Part shown: piece after piece, positions 40,790 to 51,691 of the stretch
Layout: each line of letters opens with the position of its first letter
Numbering within the stretch: the first letter of the stretch is position 1
Assembly: GCA_958427895.1 (NCBI GenBank)
Contig: CAUADW010000002.1
Location: forward strand, 4,596 to 68,595
Length of the DNA stretch: 64,000 nt
Direction: 5' to 3'
Source: an uncultured Collinsella sp.
GTDB taxonomy: Bacteria; Actinomycetota; Coriobacteriia; Coriobacteriales; Coriobacteriaceae
Made by a program: the position numbers and the translations under genes
Notes under the pieces: model-generated
What the model was told of the DNA's origin: nothing
What the model saw: only the letters and a program-made list of their open reading frames with translations
Database searches by the model: none

Positions 40790-42739
40790 CTAGAGCTCGC
40801 AGGCAACCTTGTAGCCGTCGCCGATGGCATCGCGGATGTTGCCGCACTTGTTGGCGTCGCCCAGCACGTGGGTGGTAACGCCGGCAGCGGCAAGGTCGTC
40901 GGCCAACTTGGTATTGGGACGATAGCCCATGGCAAGCACCAGCGTATCGGCACCGGTGATGGTGTGGACCTCGCCGTCCTTTTCGTAGCTGATAGTGTCC
41001 TCGGTAATCTCGGTCACCTTGGCCTCTGTCAGCACATGAACGCCCTTGGAGAGCATGCGCGTGATAAGCACCGCGCGACCGGCACCACCCTCGTTGGCGG
41101 CGAGTGTCTTGGTCATCTCGATGACGGTGACATCGCGATTGGCCGGCGACAGGTCGTTGACCAGCGGGGCCAGGTAATCTGCCGTCTCGCAACCGACGGT
41201 GCCGCCGCCCACGATGACGATCTTCTTGCCCGGGAAAGCCTTGCCACCCAGCAGGTCGTCAGCCGTCATAACCTGCTTAAAGCCCTGCATGAAGGCCGGA
41301 GCGATGGGCTCGGCGCCATAAGCCAGGACAACCTCGTAGCCCGCGTAGTCGCGTTGAATGTCCTCGGCAGTAAGCTCGGTACCAAATGCGCACTTCACGC
41401 CGGCCTCGGCCAGGCGACGATACTGATACTTGATCACGCGGGTGAGTTCCTGCTTTGCCGGCGGAACGGCCGCGATGCGCATCTCGCCGCCCGGCTCATC
41501 CTGCTTGTCAACGAGCACCACGTTGTGGCCGCGCTTGGCGGCAATGTAGGCTGCCTCCATGCCCGCAGGACCGGCACCCACAACCAGCACGTTCTTGGCC
41601 TCGGCGGCAGGCTCGTAGCCAGCCTCGTCGCGCTCCACGTCCGGGTTGACGGTGCAGGAAATGCGCTTGCCAAACATGATACCGTTCAGACAGCGCAGGC
41701 AGCCGATGCAGGGGCGGATGTCGTCGGCGTTGCCGGCAGCGGCCTTATTGCAGAACTCGGCATCGCACAGATTGGCGCGGCCCATCATGCAGATGTCGGC
41801 AGCGCCGTCCTCGATCAGCTCCTCGGCGATCCAGGCCTCGTTGATACGTCCGACGGTGGCGACGGGAATGTTGACGTGCTTTTTGATCTCGCGCGAGCAG
41901 GCGGCATGCGAGGCCTGCTGCGTACCGGCGGCGGGAATCGCGGAGCCGCGCTTGATGGTGGTACCGCCCGACACGTGAATCATGTCGACGCCGGCCTTCT
42001 CCAGACGGCGCGAGACATAAATCATGTCATTGAGGGTCAGGCCGCCATCGGTGTACTCGTCACCCGAAATACGGACGTCGATGATGAAGTCCTTGCCGCA
42101 GCGCTCGCGGATCTCGGCGATGACCTCGAGCAAAAAGCGCATGCGGGCGTCGAGCGAGCCGCCATACTCATCGGTACGTTTGTTGTAGAGCGGGGTCAAA
42201 AAGCCACCGAGCATGCCGTGGGCGTGCGCCGCGTGGACCTCGACGCCATCGACACCGGCCTTCTGCATACGCACGGCAGCGTCGCCAAACTGATGCGTGA
42301 GCTCGTGAATCTCATCGACCGTGATGGGGCGCGGCGCCTCGCGGGCATAGGACGGGCCCACAAAGGACGGAGCGATCAGGCGCGGCGTGCCCGGAATGTT
42401 AAAGGCCATGTAGGCGGGGTGGAAGAGCTGCGGCATGATCTTGCAGCCATACTCGTGGACGGCCGCGGCGAGCTTTTCCCAGCCAGGGATAAACGTGTCG
42501 TCGTAGCAGCACATGTCACCCGGCAGATAGGTATAGGTAGGCTCGACCGTCACGACCTCGGTGATGATCAGGCCAACGCCGCCCTTGGCACGGGCACGGT
42601 AATGATCGACCAAGTCGTCGGTCACGTAGCCATGATCGGCCAGGTTCGTGGACACCGGCGGCATAAAGACGCGATTCTTGACCTCGGTCGTACCGACCTT
42701 AATCGGGCTAAAGAGCATCGGATAGGCGGATGACTCCAT
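40790..42739 (-). CDS. OYE-family NADH:flavin oxidoreductase (2,4-dienoyl-CoA reductase/BaiCD-BaiH-like architecture)
   Basis: KNR..MPP, RAKGG.G, N.RTDEYGGS, CIGCLRC..C (4Fe-4S), GAGPAG, GGG.VG.E. Confidence 0.9.
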   Translation of the reverse strand: MESSAYPMLFSPIKVGTTEVKNRVFMPPVSTNLADHGYVTDDLVDHYRARAKGGVGLIITEVVTVEPTYTYLPGDMCCYDDTFIPGWEKLAAAVHEYGCKIMPQLFHPAYMAFNIPGTPRLIAPSFVGPSYAREAPRPITVDEIHELTHQFGDAAVRMQKAGVDGVEVHAAHAHGMLGGFLTPLYNKRTDEYGGSLDARMRFLLEVIAEIRERCGKDFIIDVRISGDEYTDGGLTLNDMIYVSRRLEKAGVDMIHVSGGTTIKRGSAIPAAGTQQASHAACSREIKKHVNIPVATVGRINEAWIAEELIEDGAADICMMGRANLCDAEFCNKAAAGNADDIRPCIGCLRCLNGIMFGKRISCTVNPDVERDEAGYEPAAEAKNVLVVGAGPAGMEAAYIAAKRGHNVVLVDKQDEPGGEMRIAAVPPAKQELTRVIKYQYRRLAEAGVKCAFGTELTAEDIQRDYAGYEVVLAYGAEPIAPAFMQGFKQVMTADDLLGGKAFPGKKIVIVGGGTVGCETADYLAPLVNDLSPANRDVTVIEMTKTLAANEGGAGRAVLITRMLSKGVHVLTEAKVTEITEDTISYEKDGEVHTITGADTLVLAMGYRPNTKLADDLAAAGVTTHVLGDANKCGNIRDAIGDGYKVACEL

Positions 42740-42854
42740 ACAGGCTTCCTTTCGTTTAAGCCGCTCGGCGGCACTTGCAGACACCCCTATCGTATCAGTA
42801 CCCGCCGCATTCGTGCTCGCTCGCACTCCCCACCTTCAATCCCGACCCTCAAAA

Positions 42855-42921
42855 AGTTGCGGTGGAATACGGAGTAGATGAGGCTTTTAACAGCCAAAAC
42901 AGTCCGTATTTCACCGCAACC
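42855..42921. repeat. 67-bp palindrome, family C (degenerate inner arms)
   Basis: AGTTGCGGTGGAATACGGA...TCCGTATTTCACCGCAACC. Confidence 0.85.
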
Positions 42922-42984
42922 GATGGGCGGGGTGGAATTGAGGGCTCAGATAGTCAGTCATGCCCTCGTCCGCCACTCCTTCAC

Positions 42985-43575
42985 CTACAGCGCACCGTCC
43001 AGCATAAGGTTCACCTTGAGCACGTTGACCGTGGGCTCGCCGAACACGCCCAGGAATCGGCCCTTGGTGCACTGGGCGATGATCTCGCGCACCTCGCCTT
43101 CGCTCTTGCCCGTGGCCTTCGCCAGGCGCGGTACCTGGTACTCGGCGGCATCGGGGGAGATCTCGGGGTCGAGGCCGGACCCCGAACACGTCACCAGGTC
43201 GACGGGCACAGCGTCCATATCGGCATCGGGGTTGGAGGCGCGAATCTTCTCGACGCGCGCGTCCACAAGCTGCCGGTACTCCTCACTCGCCGGGGACAAA
43301 TTGGACGGGGTGCCGTAGGCCATGAGCCCGCCGTCCTCCCCCTCGACGATAGTCACGTTCTGGATGCGGCCCCACATGTGGTCCTCATCCTCGAAGTTCT
43401 GGCCGATCAGCTCGGAGCCCACGATCTTGTCGTCGACCGTAATGAGTGAACCGTTCGCCTGATACGGGAACGCAACCTGGGCGATGCCGGTCACGACGAG
43501 CGTATAGCCCAGGCCGCAGACAACGGTAAACAGCGCGAACACGCCCAGTGCGCGCGATGCAACACCTTTGAACAT
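42985..43575 (-). CDS. kdpC: K+-transporting ATPase subunit C
   Basis: FPYQANGS, GSELIGQ, VT.SGSGLDP.IS, VNVLKVN. Confidence 0.95.
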   Translation of the reverse strand: MFKGVASRALGVFALFTVVCGLGYTLVVTGIAQVAFPYQANGSLITVDDKIVGSELIGQNFEDEDHMWGRIQNVTIVEGEDGGLMAYGTPSNLSPASEEYRQLVDARVEKIRASNPDADMDAVPVDLVTCSGSGLDPEISPDAAEYQVPRLAKATGKSEGEVREIIAQCTKGRFLGVFGEPTVNVLKVNLMLDGAL

Positions 43576-43587
43576 ACAAACCTCCAC

Positions 43588-45642
43588 TTACATAATGCCG
43601 CAGAACGCGAGCAGCATGTCGATGAGCTTGATAAATACGAACGGGGCAACGATGCCGCCCAGACCCCATACGAGCAGGTTGTGGATCAGCAGCTGTCCGG
43701 ACGGTACCTCGCGGTACTTAACGCCCTTCAGCGCGGCCGGGATCAGCGCGACGATAACGAGCGCGTTATAGATGATGGCCGAAAGAACCGCGGACAGCGG
43801 GCTTGCCAGACCGAGGATGTTGAGCGCGCCAAGGCCCGGGTAGATCGGCGAGAACAGGGCCGGGATGATAGCGAAGTACTTCGCCATGTCGTTGGCCACC
43901 GAAAAGGTCGTGAGCGAACCGCGGGTCATGAGCAGCTGCTTGCCAATACGCACGACCTCGATGAGCTTGGTAGGGCTGGAGTCGAGGTCGACCATGTTGC
44001 CGGCCTCCTTGGCAGCCTGGGTGCCCGTGTTCATGGCCACGGCGACATCCGCCTGCGCCAGCGCCGGCGCGTCGTTGGTGCCGTCGCCGGTCATGGCGAC
44101 CAGGTGGCCCTCACGCTGGAACTCGCGGATCTTCTCGAGCTTGCCCTCAGGGGTGGCCTCGGCCAGGAAGTCGTCAACGCCGGCCTCGGCGGCGATTGCC
44201 GCGGCGGTGAGTGGGTTGTCGCCCGTCACCATGATGGTCTTGATGCCCATCTTGCGCAGGTCGGCGAACTTCTCCTTCACGCCGGACTTGATGATGTCCT
44301 TAAGGTAGACGACGCCCAGCACGCGGCAGTTCTTGGTCACGACCAGCGGGGTGCCGCCGGCCTTGGCGATGCGCTCGACGGCCTCGTCGCACTCCTGGGA
44401 GAACACGCCACCGGCTGCCTCCACATAGGTGCGCACGGAATCGGCAGCGCCCTTGCGGATCTCATTGCCCTCGTAGTTCACACCGGACATGCGGGTCGCC
44501 GCGGTGAAGGGGATGAACTCCATACCCTTATCCTCGAGTGTGCGGCCGCGCAGACCGAACTGCTCCTTGGCGAGCACGACGATGGAACGGCCTTCGGGGG
44601 TCTCGTCGGCCAGCGAGGAAAGCTGGGCGGCATCGGCCAGCTCCGCGGGATCGATGCCGTCGACCGGGATGAACTCGGCGGCTTGGCGGTTACCCAGGGT
44701 GATGGTGCCGGTCTTGTCGAGCATGAGGATGTCGACGTCGCCGGCGGCCTCGATGGCGCGGCCGGACATGGCCAGCACGTTGGCCTCGTTCAGACGGCTC
44801 ATGCCGGCGATGCCGATGGCGGAAAGAAGGGCGCCGATGGTAGTAGGAGCCAGGCACACGAGCAGCGCCACGAGCGTGGTCACGGCCGTGGGGTTGTCCA
44901 TGTCGTTAAGACCGACCGAGAAGCAGGAGTAACAATACAGGGCCAGCGTGACCAGGATAAAGACGATGGAGAGGGCCACCAGGAAGATCTCCAGAGCGAT
45001 CTCGTTAGGGGTCTTCTTGCGCGCGGCACCCTCGACCATCGCGATCATCTTGTCCAGGAAGCTCTGGCCGGGCTCACTGGAGATCTTGACGATGATCCAG
45101 TCGGACAGCACCGTGGTACCGCCGGTAACGGCAGAGCGGTCGCCGCCGGCCTCGCGGACCACGGGGGCGGACTCGCCGGTGATGGCGGACTCGTCAACGG
45201 AAGCAGCGCCCTCGATGACGTCGCCGTCGCCGGGAATCTGCTCGCCGGCGCGTACGATCACCAGGTCGCCGCGTGTGAGCTCGGTGCCGGGAACGACGGT
45301 GAAGTGCTCCTTGTCCTCAACGGACTCGATGCGATGGGCCTCGACATCCTTCTTGGCCGCACGCAGGGAATCGGCCTGGGCTTTACCGCGGCCCTCGGCA
45401 AGCGCCTCGGCGAAGTTCGAGAACAGGTCGGTAAGCCACAGGATGACCGCGATGGCGACCACATAGTAGGTGGGCACACCCGCGTCCTGCACACCGAAAA
45501 TGGAAGCGACGGCCAGGACGGAGGTCATGACGGCGGAAAGCCACACCAGAAACATGACCGGGTTTTGAATCTGGACGCGTGGATCCAGCTTGGCAAACGA
45601 GTCGCGGACCGCGCGGCCCATCATGTCTTTTTGCATAGTCAT
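43588..45642 (-). CDS. kdpB: K+-transporting ATPase subunit B
   Basis: [30 protein letters not shown]. Confidence 0.97.
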   Translation of the reverse strand: MTMQKDMMGRAVRDSFAKLDPRVQIQNPVMFLVWLSAVMTSVLAVASIFGVQDAGVPTYYVVAIAVILWLTDLFSNFAEALAEGRGKAQADSLRAAKKDVEAHRIESVEDKEHFTVVPGTELTRGDLVIVRAGEQIPGDGDVIEGAASVDESAITGESAPVVREAGGDRSAVTGGTTVLSDWIIVKISSEPGQSFLDKMIAMVEGAARKKTPNEIALEIFLVALSIVFILVTLALYCYSCFSVGLNDMDNPTAVTTLVALLVCLAPTTIGALLSAIGIAGMSRLNEANVLAMSGRAIEAAGDVDILMLDKTGTITLGNRQAAEFIPVDGIDPAELADAAQLSSLADETPEGRSIVVLAKEQFGLRGRTLEDKGMEFIPFTAATRMSGVNYEGNEIRKGAADSVRTYVEAAGGVFSQECDEAVERIAKAGGTPLVVTKNCRVLGVVYLKDIIKSGVKEKFADLRKMGIKTIMVTGDNPLTAAAIAAEAGVDDFLAEATPEGKLEKIREFQREGHLVAMTGDGTNDAPALAQADVAVAMNTGTQAAKEAGNMVDLDSSPTKLIEVVRIGKQLLMTRGSLTTFSVANDMAKYFAIIPALFSPIYPGLGALNILGLASPLSAVLSAIIYNALVIVALIPAALKGVKYREVPSGQLLIHNLLVWGLGGIVAPFVFIKLIDMLLAFCGIM

Positions 45643-45658
45643 AAATCTGCGCCCTCCT

Positions 45659-47482
45659 TTACGCAATCATCTGGAAGAACTCGGCAACGGGGCCAAGCGC
45701 CAGGGCCGGGAAGAAGCTCAGGGCACCGATCAGCAGGACGATGAACACGAGCAGGAATACGAACATGCCGTTAGTGGTAGACAGGGTACCGGCGCTCTCG
45801 GCGACCTTACCCTTCTTGGCCAGCGAGCCGGCGATAGCCAGCGTACCGATGATAGGCATGAAGCGGGCGAACAGCATCTCGAGGCCGAGCATGACGTTGA
45901 TCCAGGGAATGTTGCAGTTCATGCCTGCAAACGCCGAGCCGTTGTTGCCGCCGCATGAGGTGAAGGCATACAGCGCCTCGGAGAAGCCGTGCGCGCCACC
46001 ATTGTTGAGCTGGTCGGCAAGACCGGGCACCATGCAGGCGATGGCCGAGCACACCAGAATGGCAAACGGAGTTGCCAAGCACAGGACAACTGCCCAGCGC
46101 ATCTCGCCCGGCTCGATCTTCTTGCCCAGGAACTCAGGCGTGCGTCCGACCATGAGGCCGGCGATGAACACTGTGAGGATGGCGAAGCCGATCATGCCGT
46201 ACAGGCCGCAGCCCACGCCGCCGAAGACGACCTCGCCCAGAGCAATCTGGAGCATCTGGACAAAACCGCCCAGCGGGGTGTAGGAGTCGTGCATGGAGTT
46301 AACCGAGCCGTTGGAAGCAGCCGTCGTGAAAGCGGACCAGGTAGAAGAGGAGGCGATACCGAAACGGCTCTCCTTGCCCTCCATGTTGCCGCCGGCCTGG
46401 CCGTCGGTCATCTCGATATTGACCGCTCCGCCATCGGCCAGCTGCGGGGTGCCCGCATGCTCGTTGACGGCGATGATGCCGGTGAAGATCACCAGCAGGA
46501 TGAACATGGCGGCAAAGATGGCCTTGCCCTGCTTGGTGTTCTTGACGCCGATACCGAAGGCGAAGCAACAGGCGGCCGGGATCAGCAGCAGGCTGGTCAT
46601 CTCGATGATGTTGGTGAAGGCACTGGGGTTCTCATACGGATGGGCGGAGTTCACGCCGAAGAAGCCGCCGCCGTTGGTGCCGGACTGCTTGATGGCGACC
46701 TGAGGAGCCGCGGGACCCTGGGGCAGGAACTGCTCGGTAACCACGCGCGCGCCCTCGACAACCTTGCCGTCGACCTTGACCGTGTCGCCCTCAATCTGGG
46801 CGCCGTCGATGACGCTCCAGCCGCCGTCTGCATTAGGCTGAACAGCGACGGGCTCTACGAGCTCAGCCTTCTGAGCCGGCTGAAAATTGGAGATAACGCC
46901 ACCGGCAGCCAGGCAGATGCCGAACACGAGGTTCAGCGGGATGAGCACATACAGGACGGTGCGGGTGAGGTCGACCCAGAAGGAACCCAGACCCTGCTCC
47001 TTGACCTGACAGAAGCCGCGGATCAGCGCGAACATGACCGCGATACCGGTGCCAGCGGAAACGAAGTTCTGCACAGTGAGACCCATGAACTGCACAAGGT
47101 AGGACAGGGTGGTCTCACCGGAGTAGGACTGCCAGTTGGTGTTGGTTATGAAGGAAGCAGCCGTATTGAACGACAGGTCCCATGACACACCCGGCAGGTG
47201 CTGGGGATTGCCTGGCAAGAAGGACTGAAGCGCCTGGAGTGCCACAAGAGTCACGAGGCCGATCCCCGAAAAGACCAGCACGCTCGCCAGATAGCGCCTA
47301 CACCCCATCTGTTCTGCCGCGTCGATGCGAAGCAGACGATAGACGCCACGCTCCACAGGAGCAATCACAGGCGACAGGAACGTATGCTCACCATCCATGA
47401 TATGGGCCATGAACCGACCGAGCGGAACGGCCAGGACGACGAGTACGGCAAAGTACAAGATGTACTGAATCGCAGCGTCCAT
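45659..47482 (-). CDS. kdpA: K+-transporting ATPase subunit A
   Basis: [34 protein letters not shown]. Confidence 0.97.
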   Translation of the reverse strand: MDAAIQYILYFAVLVVLAVPLGRFMAHIMDGEHTFLSPVIAPVERGVYRLLRIDAAEQMGCRRYLASVLVFSGIGLVTLVALQALQSFLPGNPQHLPGVSWDLSFNTAASFITNTNWQSYSGETTLSYLVQFMGLTVQNFVSAGTGIAVMFALIRGFCQVKEQGLGSFWVDLTRTVLYVLIPLNLVFGICLAAGGVISNFQPAQKAELVEPVAVQPNADGGWSVIDGAQIEGDTVKVDGKVVEGARVVTEQFLPQGPAAPQVAIKQSGTNGGGFFGVNSAHPYENPSAFTNIIEMTSLLLIPAACCFAFGIGVKNTKQGKAIFAAMFILLVIFTGIIAVNEHAGTPQLADGGAVNIEMTDGQAGGNMEGKESRFGIASSSTWSAFTTAASNGSVNSMHDSYTPLGGFVQMLQIALGEVVFGGVGCGLYGMIGFAILTVFIAGLMVGRTPEFLGKKIEPGEMRWAVVLCLATPFAILVCSAIACMVPGLADQLNNGGAHGFSEALYAFTSCGGNNGSAFAGMNCNIPWINVMLGLEMLFARFMPIIGTLAIAGSLAKKGKVAESAGTLSTTNGMFVFLLVFIVLLIGALSFFPALALGPVAEFFQMIA

Positions 47483-47485
47483 AGT

Positions 47486-47572
47486 TTACGAATCACTCCT
47501 CATCAGAATGTAGATGTAATAGATAAGAAGTCCAATGCAGACGACTCCGATGATGGGAATGAGGATGTCCAT
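47486..47572 (-). CDS. kdpF: KdpF-like single-TM peptide (28 aa)
   Basis: My translation: MDILIPIIGVVCIGLLIYYIYILMRSDS*. GAAAGGGG RBS upstream; the stop lies 3 nt before the kdpA start. Confidence 0.75.
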   Translation of the reverse strand: MDILIPIIGVVCIGLLIYYIYILMRSDS

Positions 47573-47685
47573 TTACCGCCCCTTTCACACGCGGTCCGAT
47601 GTCTCGGACGCCTGCCCTCGCAAGCGTCTGGGGACAGTAAACGCTTCTAGGGATTAAAGAGGCGTGAGGGCCGGGGCTCACGTCC

Positions 47686-47707
47686 TTAAGATGCCGTAAA
47701 GATGCAG
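47686..47707. promoter_or_regulatory. Probable KdpE binding site
   Basis: 11-bp-period direct repeat TTAAGATGCCG TAAAGATGCAG between the divergent kdpF and kdpD. Confidence 0.55.
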
Positions 47708-47816
47708 GTAGAAAGCACTATTGCAGCTGCAGTGCGCCTATACTCGACCTCGCGAGCATACAGTGGTGTCTTCACCGCGTATGCACGCATGGACAACGCT
47801 TCAGAAAGGCTACGCT

Positions 47817-50552
47817 ATGCAGCGCGACGCATCGGACACTCGCGTCAATCCAGACCTCATCCTCAAGGCAATTGAGAAAGACGGGGTCGCCGATGACACT
47901 CGAACCAGCCGGGGACACCTCAAAATTTTCTTTGGCTACGCTGCTGGCACAGGCAAAACCTATGCGATGCTTCAAGCCGCCCACGCCGCCAAGCGGCGAG
48001 GTGTCGACGTCGTCGCGGGATACATCGAGCCGCACGAACGTCCGGCAACTGCCCATCTTGCACAAGGGCTTGAGAACGTGCCCTGTAAACTCATCGAGCA
48101 CAACGGCATTGCGCTCAGCGAGTTCGATCTAGATGCGGCTATCGAACGCGCCCCTCAGCTCATCCTTGTCGACGAGCTCGCCCATACGAATGCGCCGGGG
48201 TCTCGCCACGACAAACGCTATCAAGACGTCGAGGAACTTCTACATGCGGGCATCGACGTCTATACGACCGTGAACGTTCAGCATATCGAGAGCCTAAACG
48301 ACATGGTTGCATCCATCACCAGCGTTGTCGTGAGCGAACGAATCCCCGACCGTATCTTCGATGATGCCGACCAGGTCGAGCTCGTCGACATAGAGCCCGA
48401 AGACCTACTTGAGCGCCTTCGCGCCGGCCTCGTCTACCGTCCCGCACAAGCCGACCGAGCGCAACAGCATTTTTTTACCGTCGAGAACCTCACCGCACTC
48501 CGAGAAATCGCGCTGCGCCGCTGCGCCGATCGCACCGGTCACCTCACAGACGCCGCACGCGTGCTGGGAAACCGTGACTACTACACCAGGGAGCGTATCT
48601 TAGTCTGTGTCTCCCCGGCGCCGACCAATCCCCGCATCGTCCGTGCCGCCGCACGCATGGCGAAAGCGTTTCGCAGCGAGCTCGTCGCCCTGTTCGTAGA
48701 GAGCCCGCGCACGCAAGCCATGAGCGATGATGAGCGCGCCAAGCTTGCAGCCAATATCGCCCTAGCCGAGCAGCTCGGAGCACATATGGAAACCGTCTAT
48801 GGCGACGACATCGCGTTTCAGATCTCCGAGTTCGCGCGCCTGTCGGGTATTTCGAAGATCGTCATGGGGCGCACGGGCGAGCGCAGCAGCGTCCGTCAGG
48901 CCCTCTTCGGCCGCAAATCTCTCGTAGAACAGCTCATAACATTCGCCCCGAACCTCGACATTTACATCATTCCAGAACAGTCGACTCCGCCCTCCCGACC
49001 CAAAGGACGCCGCCATGCGCTCGCCCTGCAGCCGCCCAGCAGCCGAAACGTGCTTCGCACGCTGGCTCTCTCTCTTGCCGCCACGGCGATCGGCACGGCT
49101 TTCCGCCATCTGGGATTTGCCGATTCCAGCATCATATCCCTCTATATCTTCACGGCCCTGCTGACCGCCGTCACCACGACGGGGCGTATCTGCACGATCG
49201 TATCGAGCGTGCTCTCTGTAGTGCTTTACAACTTCTGCTTCGTCACGCCTCTGTTTTCGCTCGCCAGCTACGACCGAAGCTATCTGGTCACGTTCGGCAT
49301 CATGTTCGCCACCGCTATGGTCGCCGGCGAGTTAACTGCGCGCATCGCCGACAACGCCCGTACATCCGCCGAGAACGCATTCAAAACGCGCGTACTCCTC
49401 GAAACGAACCAGCTCTTGCAGCAAGCCCATAGCGCGGAGGAGTGCGCCCGCGTCGCCATGAACCAACTCGTCAAACTGCTAAAACTCGACGTGGTCTTCT
49501 ACCCCGCCGAACACGGCACGCTCGGCAAGGCGCTCTATGAGTCCGCTGGCACCGAAAACCGACCCGCGTCGCTGCTCACCGACTACGAGCGCGCCGTTGC
49601 AACCTGGACCTACACCAACAACAAGCGCGCGGGCGCAAGCACGCGGACCCTGCCTGAGGCGCGCTGTCTCTACCTCGCGGTTCGCACCGGCGACAAGGTA
49701 TTCGGTGTCATCGGCATCGCCCTGGAGGGGCGCGAGATCGAAGCCTTCGAGCATTCGATCGTCCTATCTATCGTAGGTGAATGCGCCTTGGCGCTCGAAA
49801 GCGACCGGGCGGCGCAAGAGCGCGAAGAGGCTGCGGTCTTGGCGAAAAACGAGCAGCTGCGCGCCAACCTTTTGCGCTCCATCGGCCACGATTTGAGGAC
49901 ACCCCTCACGGCTATATCCGGATCTGCGGCAATCCTTCGGAAGAGCGACGAGAAGCTCAGCCTCGAACAACGCTGCGATCTTGCCGATGCCATCTACGAC
50001 GACTCCCTCTGGCTTATCGATACCGTGGAAAACCTCCTCGCCATCACACGCGTCGAGGACGGCACCATTCGCCTCAACTTAACATCCGAGCTCATCGACG
50101 AGGTCATCGAGGCCGCCCTCAGCCATGTCGCCCAAGCATCGCATGGACGTGCCGTCACCATCGAGCACACTGACGACATCCTGCTGGTACGCATCGACGT
50201 CCATCTCATCATGCAGGTGCTTACGAATCTCATCATGAACGCCTTCAAATACACGCCCGAGGACTCGACTGTCACCATCAGCGCACGTCGCGAGGGTGAG
50301 TTCATCGTGGTGGACGTCGCAGACGATGGGCCGGGTGTAGCAGACTGCGACAAGCCTCATATCTTTGAGCGCTTCTTCACCTCAAGCAATACGCGGCCCG
50401 TGGATTCGCGTCGAAGCATCGGCCTTGGGCTGTCGCTCTGCCGCTCCATCGTGGAGGCGCATGGCGGCGTCATCGAAGTTCGCGACAACCACCCCCATGG
50501 GGCCGTCTTCCGTTTTACCCTGCCTGCCGAGGAGATCGAGATTCATGAATAA
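47817..50552 (+). CDS. kdpD: Sensor histidine kinase KdpD
   Basis: LKIFFGYAAGTGKT, DELAHTN, Usp domain, 4 TM, HDLRTPL, GLGL. Confidence 0.96.
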   Translation: MQRDASDTRVNPDLILKAIEKDGVADDTRTSRGHLKIFFGYAAGTGKTYAMLQAAHAAKRRGVDVVAGYIEPHERPATAHLAQGLENVPCKLIEHNGIALSEFDLDAAIERAPQLILVDELAHTNAPGSRHDKRYQDVEELLHAGIDVYTTVNVQHIESLNDMVASITSVVVSERIPDRIFDDADQVELVDIEPEDLLERLRAGLVYRPAQADRAQQHFFTVENLTALREIALRRCADRTGHLTDAARVLGNRDYYTRERILVCVSPAPTNPRIVRAAARMAKAFRSELVALFVESPRTQAMSDDERAKLAANIALAEQLGAHMETVYGDDIAFQISEFARLSGISKIVMGRTGERSSVRQALFGRKSLVEQLITFAPNLDIYIIPEQSTPPSRPKGRRHALALQPPSSRNVLRTLALSLAATAIGTAFRHLGFADSSIISLYIFTALLTAVTTTGRICTIVSSVLSVVLYNFCFVTPLFSLASYDRSYLVTFGIMFATAMVAGELTARIADNARTSAENAFKTRVLLETNQLLQQAHSAEECARVAMNQLVKLLKLDVVFYPAEHGTLGKALYESAGTENRPASLLTDYERAVATWTYTNNKRAGASTRTLPEARCLYLAVRTGDKVFGVIGIALEGREIEAFEHSIVLSIVGECALALESDRAAQEREEAAVLAKNEQLRANLLRSIGHDLRTPLTAISGSAAILRKSDEKLSLEQRCDLADAIYDDSLWLIDTVENLLAITRVEDGTIRLNLTSELIDEVIEAALSHVAQASHGRAVTIEHTDDILLVRIDVHLIMQVLTNLIMNAFKYTPEDSTVTISARREGEFIVVDVADDGPGVADCDKPHIFERFFTSSNTRPVDSRRSIGLGLSLCRSIVEAHGGVIEVRDNHPHGAVFRFTLPAEEIEIHE

Positions 50553-51249
50553 TGCCGCTAAGCCACGCGTCCTCTTGGTCGAAGATGACCTGACCGTTCA
50601 AAACCTCGTTTCGACCGCGCTTGACCTTCACGGCTATGTCGTGAGCAAGGTTTGCAACGGCCAAGCCGCCATCATGGATGCGGTGTCGCACGGCCCCAGC
50701 CTCATCATGCTCGACCTCGGCCTTCCCGACATTGACGGTATCGAGGTCATCACGAAGATCCGAAGCTGGTCGGCAGTCCCCATTATCGTCATTTCGGCGC
50801 GCACCGAAGATTCCGACAAGATTGCAGCACTTGACGCGGGGGCAGACGACTACCTCACCAAGCCCTTTTCTGTGGATGAGTTGCTCGCGCGCGTCCGTGC
50901 GAATTTGAGGCGCTCCTCGATGGCGTCGAGCGAGTCGACAGAAGCGAGCACGTTCGACAACGGTCCGCTGCATATCGACTACGCCGCGGGATACGCGACG
51001 AAAGACGGACACGAGCTCTCGCTCACCCCAACCGAGTACAAATTGCTCGTCCTTCTGGCGAAAAACGTCGACAAGGTGCTCACCCACACCTTCATCACCC
51101 GCGAGATATGGGGCACGAGCTGGGACAGCGATCTGGCGAGTCTGCGCGTGTTCATGCGCACCCTGCGCAAGAAAATCGAGGCAGACCCCTCTCACCCCAA
51201 GATGATTCAGACGCACATGGGTGTCGGGTACCGCATGCAGCGTCTCTAG
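50545..51249 (+). CDS. kdpE: Response regulator KdpE
   Basis: VEDD, LDLGLPD, GADDYLTKPF, wHTH; overlaps the kdpD stop. Confidence 0.93.
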   Translation: MNNAAKPRVLLVEDDLTVQNLVSTALDLHGYVVSKVCNGQAAIMDAVSHGPSLIMLDLGLPDIDGIEVITKIRSWSAVPIIVISARTEDSDKIAALDAGADDYLTKPFSVDELLARVRANLRRSSMASSESTEASTFDNGPLHIDYAAGYATKDGHELSLTPTEYKLLVLLAKNVDKVLTHTFITREIWGTSWDSDLASLRVFMRTLRKKIEADPSHPKMIQTHMGVGYRMQRL

Positions 51250-51315
51250 CCCACCCCACAAAAGTGAAAAACGCCCCGCGAACGGATGCTCGCGAGGCGC
51301 TTAGATGTCTGGGCC

Positions 51316-51516
51316 TTACTTGATACCGCGACCCAAGTCTTCGGCGATTTTGTCGACGCCTTTCAGCGCGGCGCACGTCTTTTTGTTGGAGCAATGTCCC
51401 GTGCAAACGCCACCCTGAGCGCAGTCGGCGCAGGTGCCCTTGCGGTAGATGCGCACGCACACGGCGACAAACGCAATGCCGATAACAGCCAGTACAACAA
51501 TATCGATAGGTGCCAT
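51316..51516 (-). CDS. FeoB-associated Cys-rich small membrane protein
   Basis: TM segment plus KGTCADCAQGGVC; lies downstream of feoB. Confidence 0.75.
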   Translation of the reverse strand: MAPIDIVVLAVIGIAFVAVCVRIYRKGTCADCAQGGVCTGHCSNKKTCAALKGVDKIAEDLGRGIK

Positions 51517-51691
51517 AGCAAGCCTCCTCTAGTTAACCACCACTTACTTTACCCCATCCTCCACCTACCAATAAGGGCCAGGTTTATATTGGTCGGTTTT
51601 ATCTGCGGAAACGTCACATCTCCCCCACCAAAAAGCCCGAGTGTCGCTGGGACACCCGGGCTCGTGAAAAGGGGCTAGTCCTTATTCGGAC

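Noticed and set aside
40790..42739. Bilirubin reductase bilR
   Set aside because: Lacks the HGDR motif reported for BilR.
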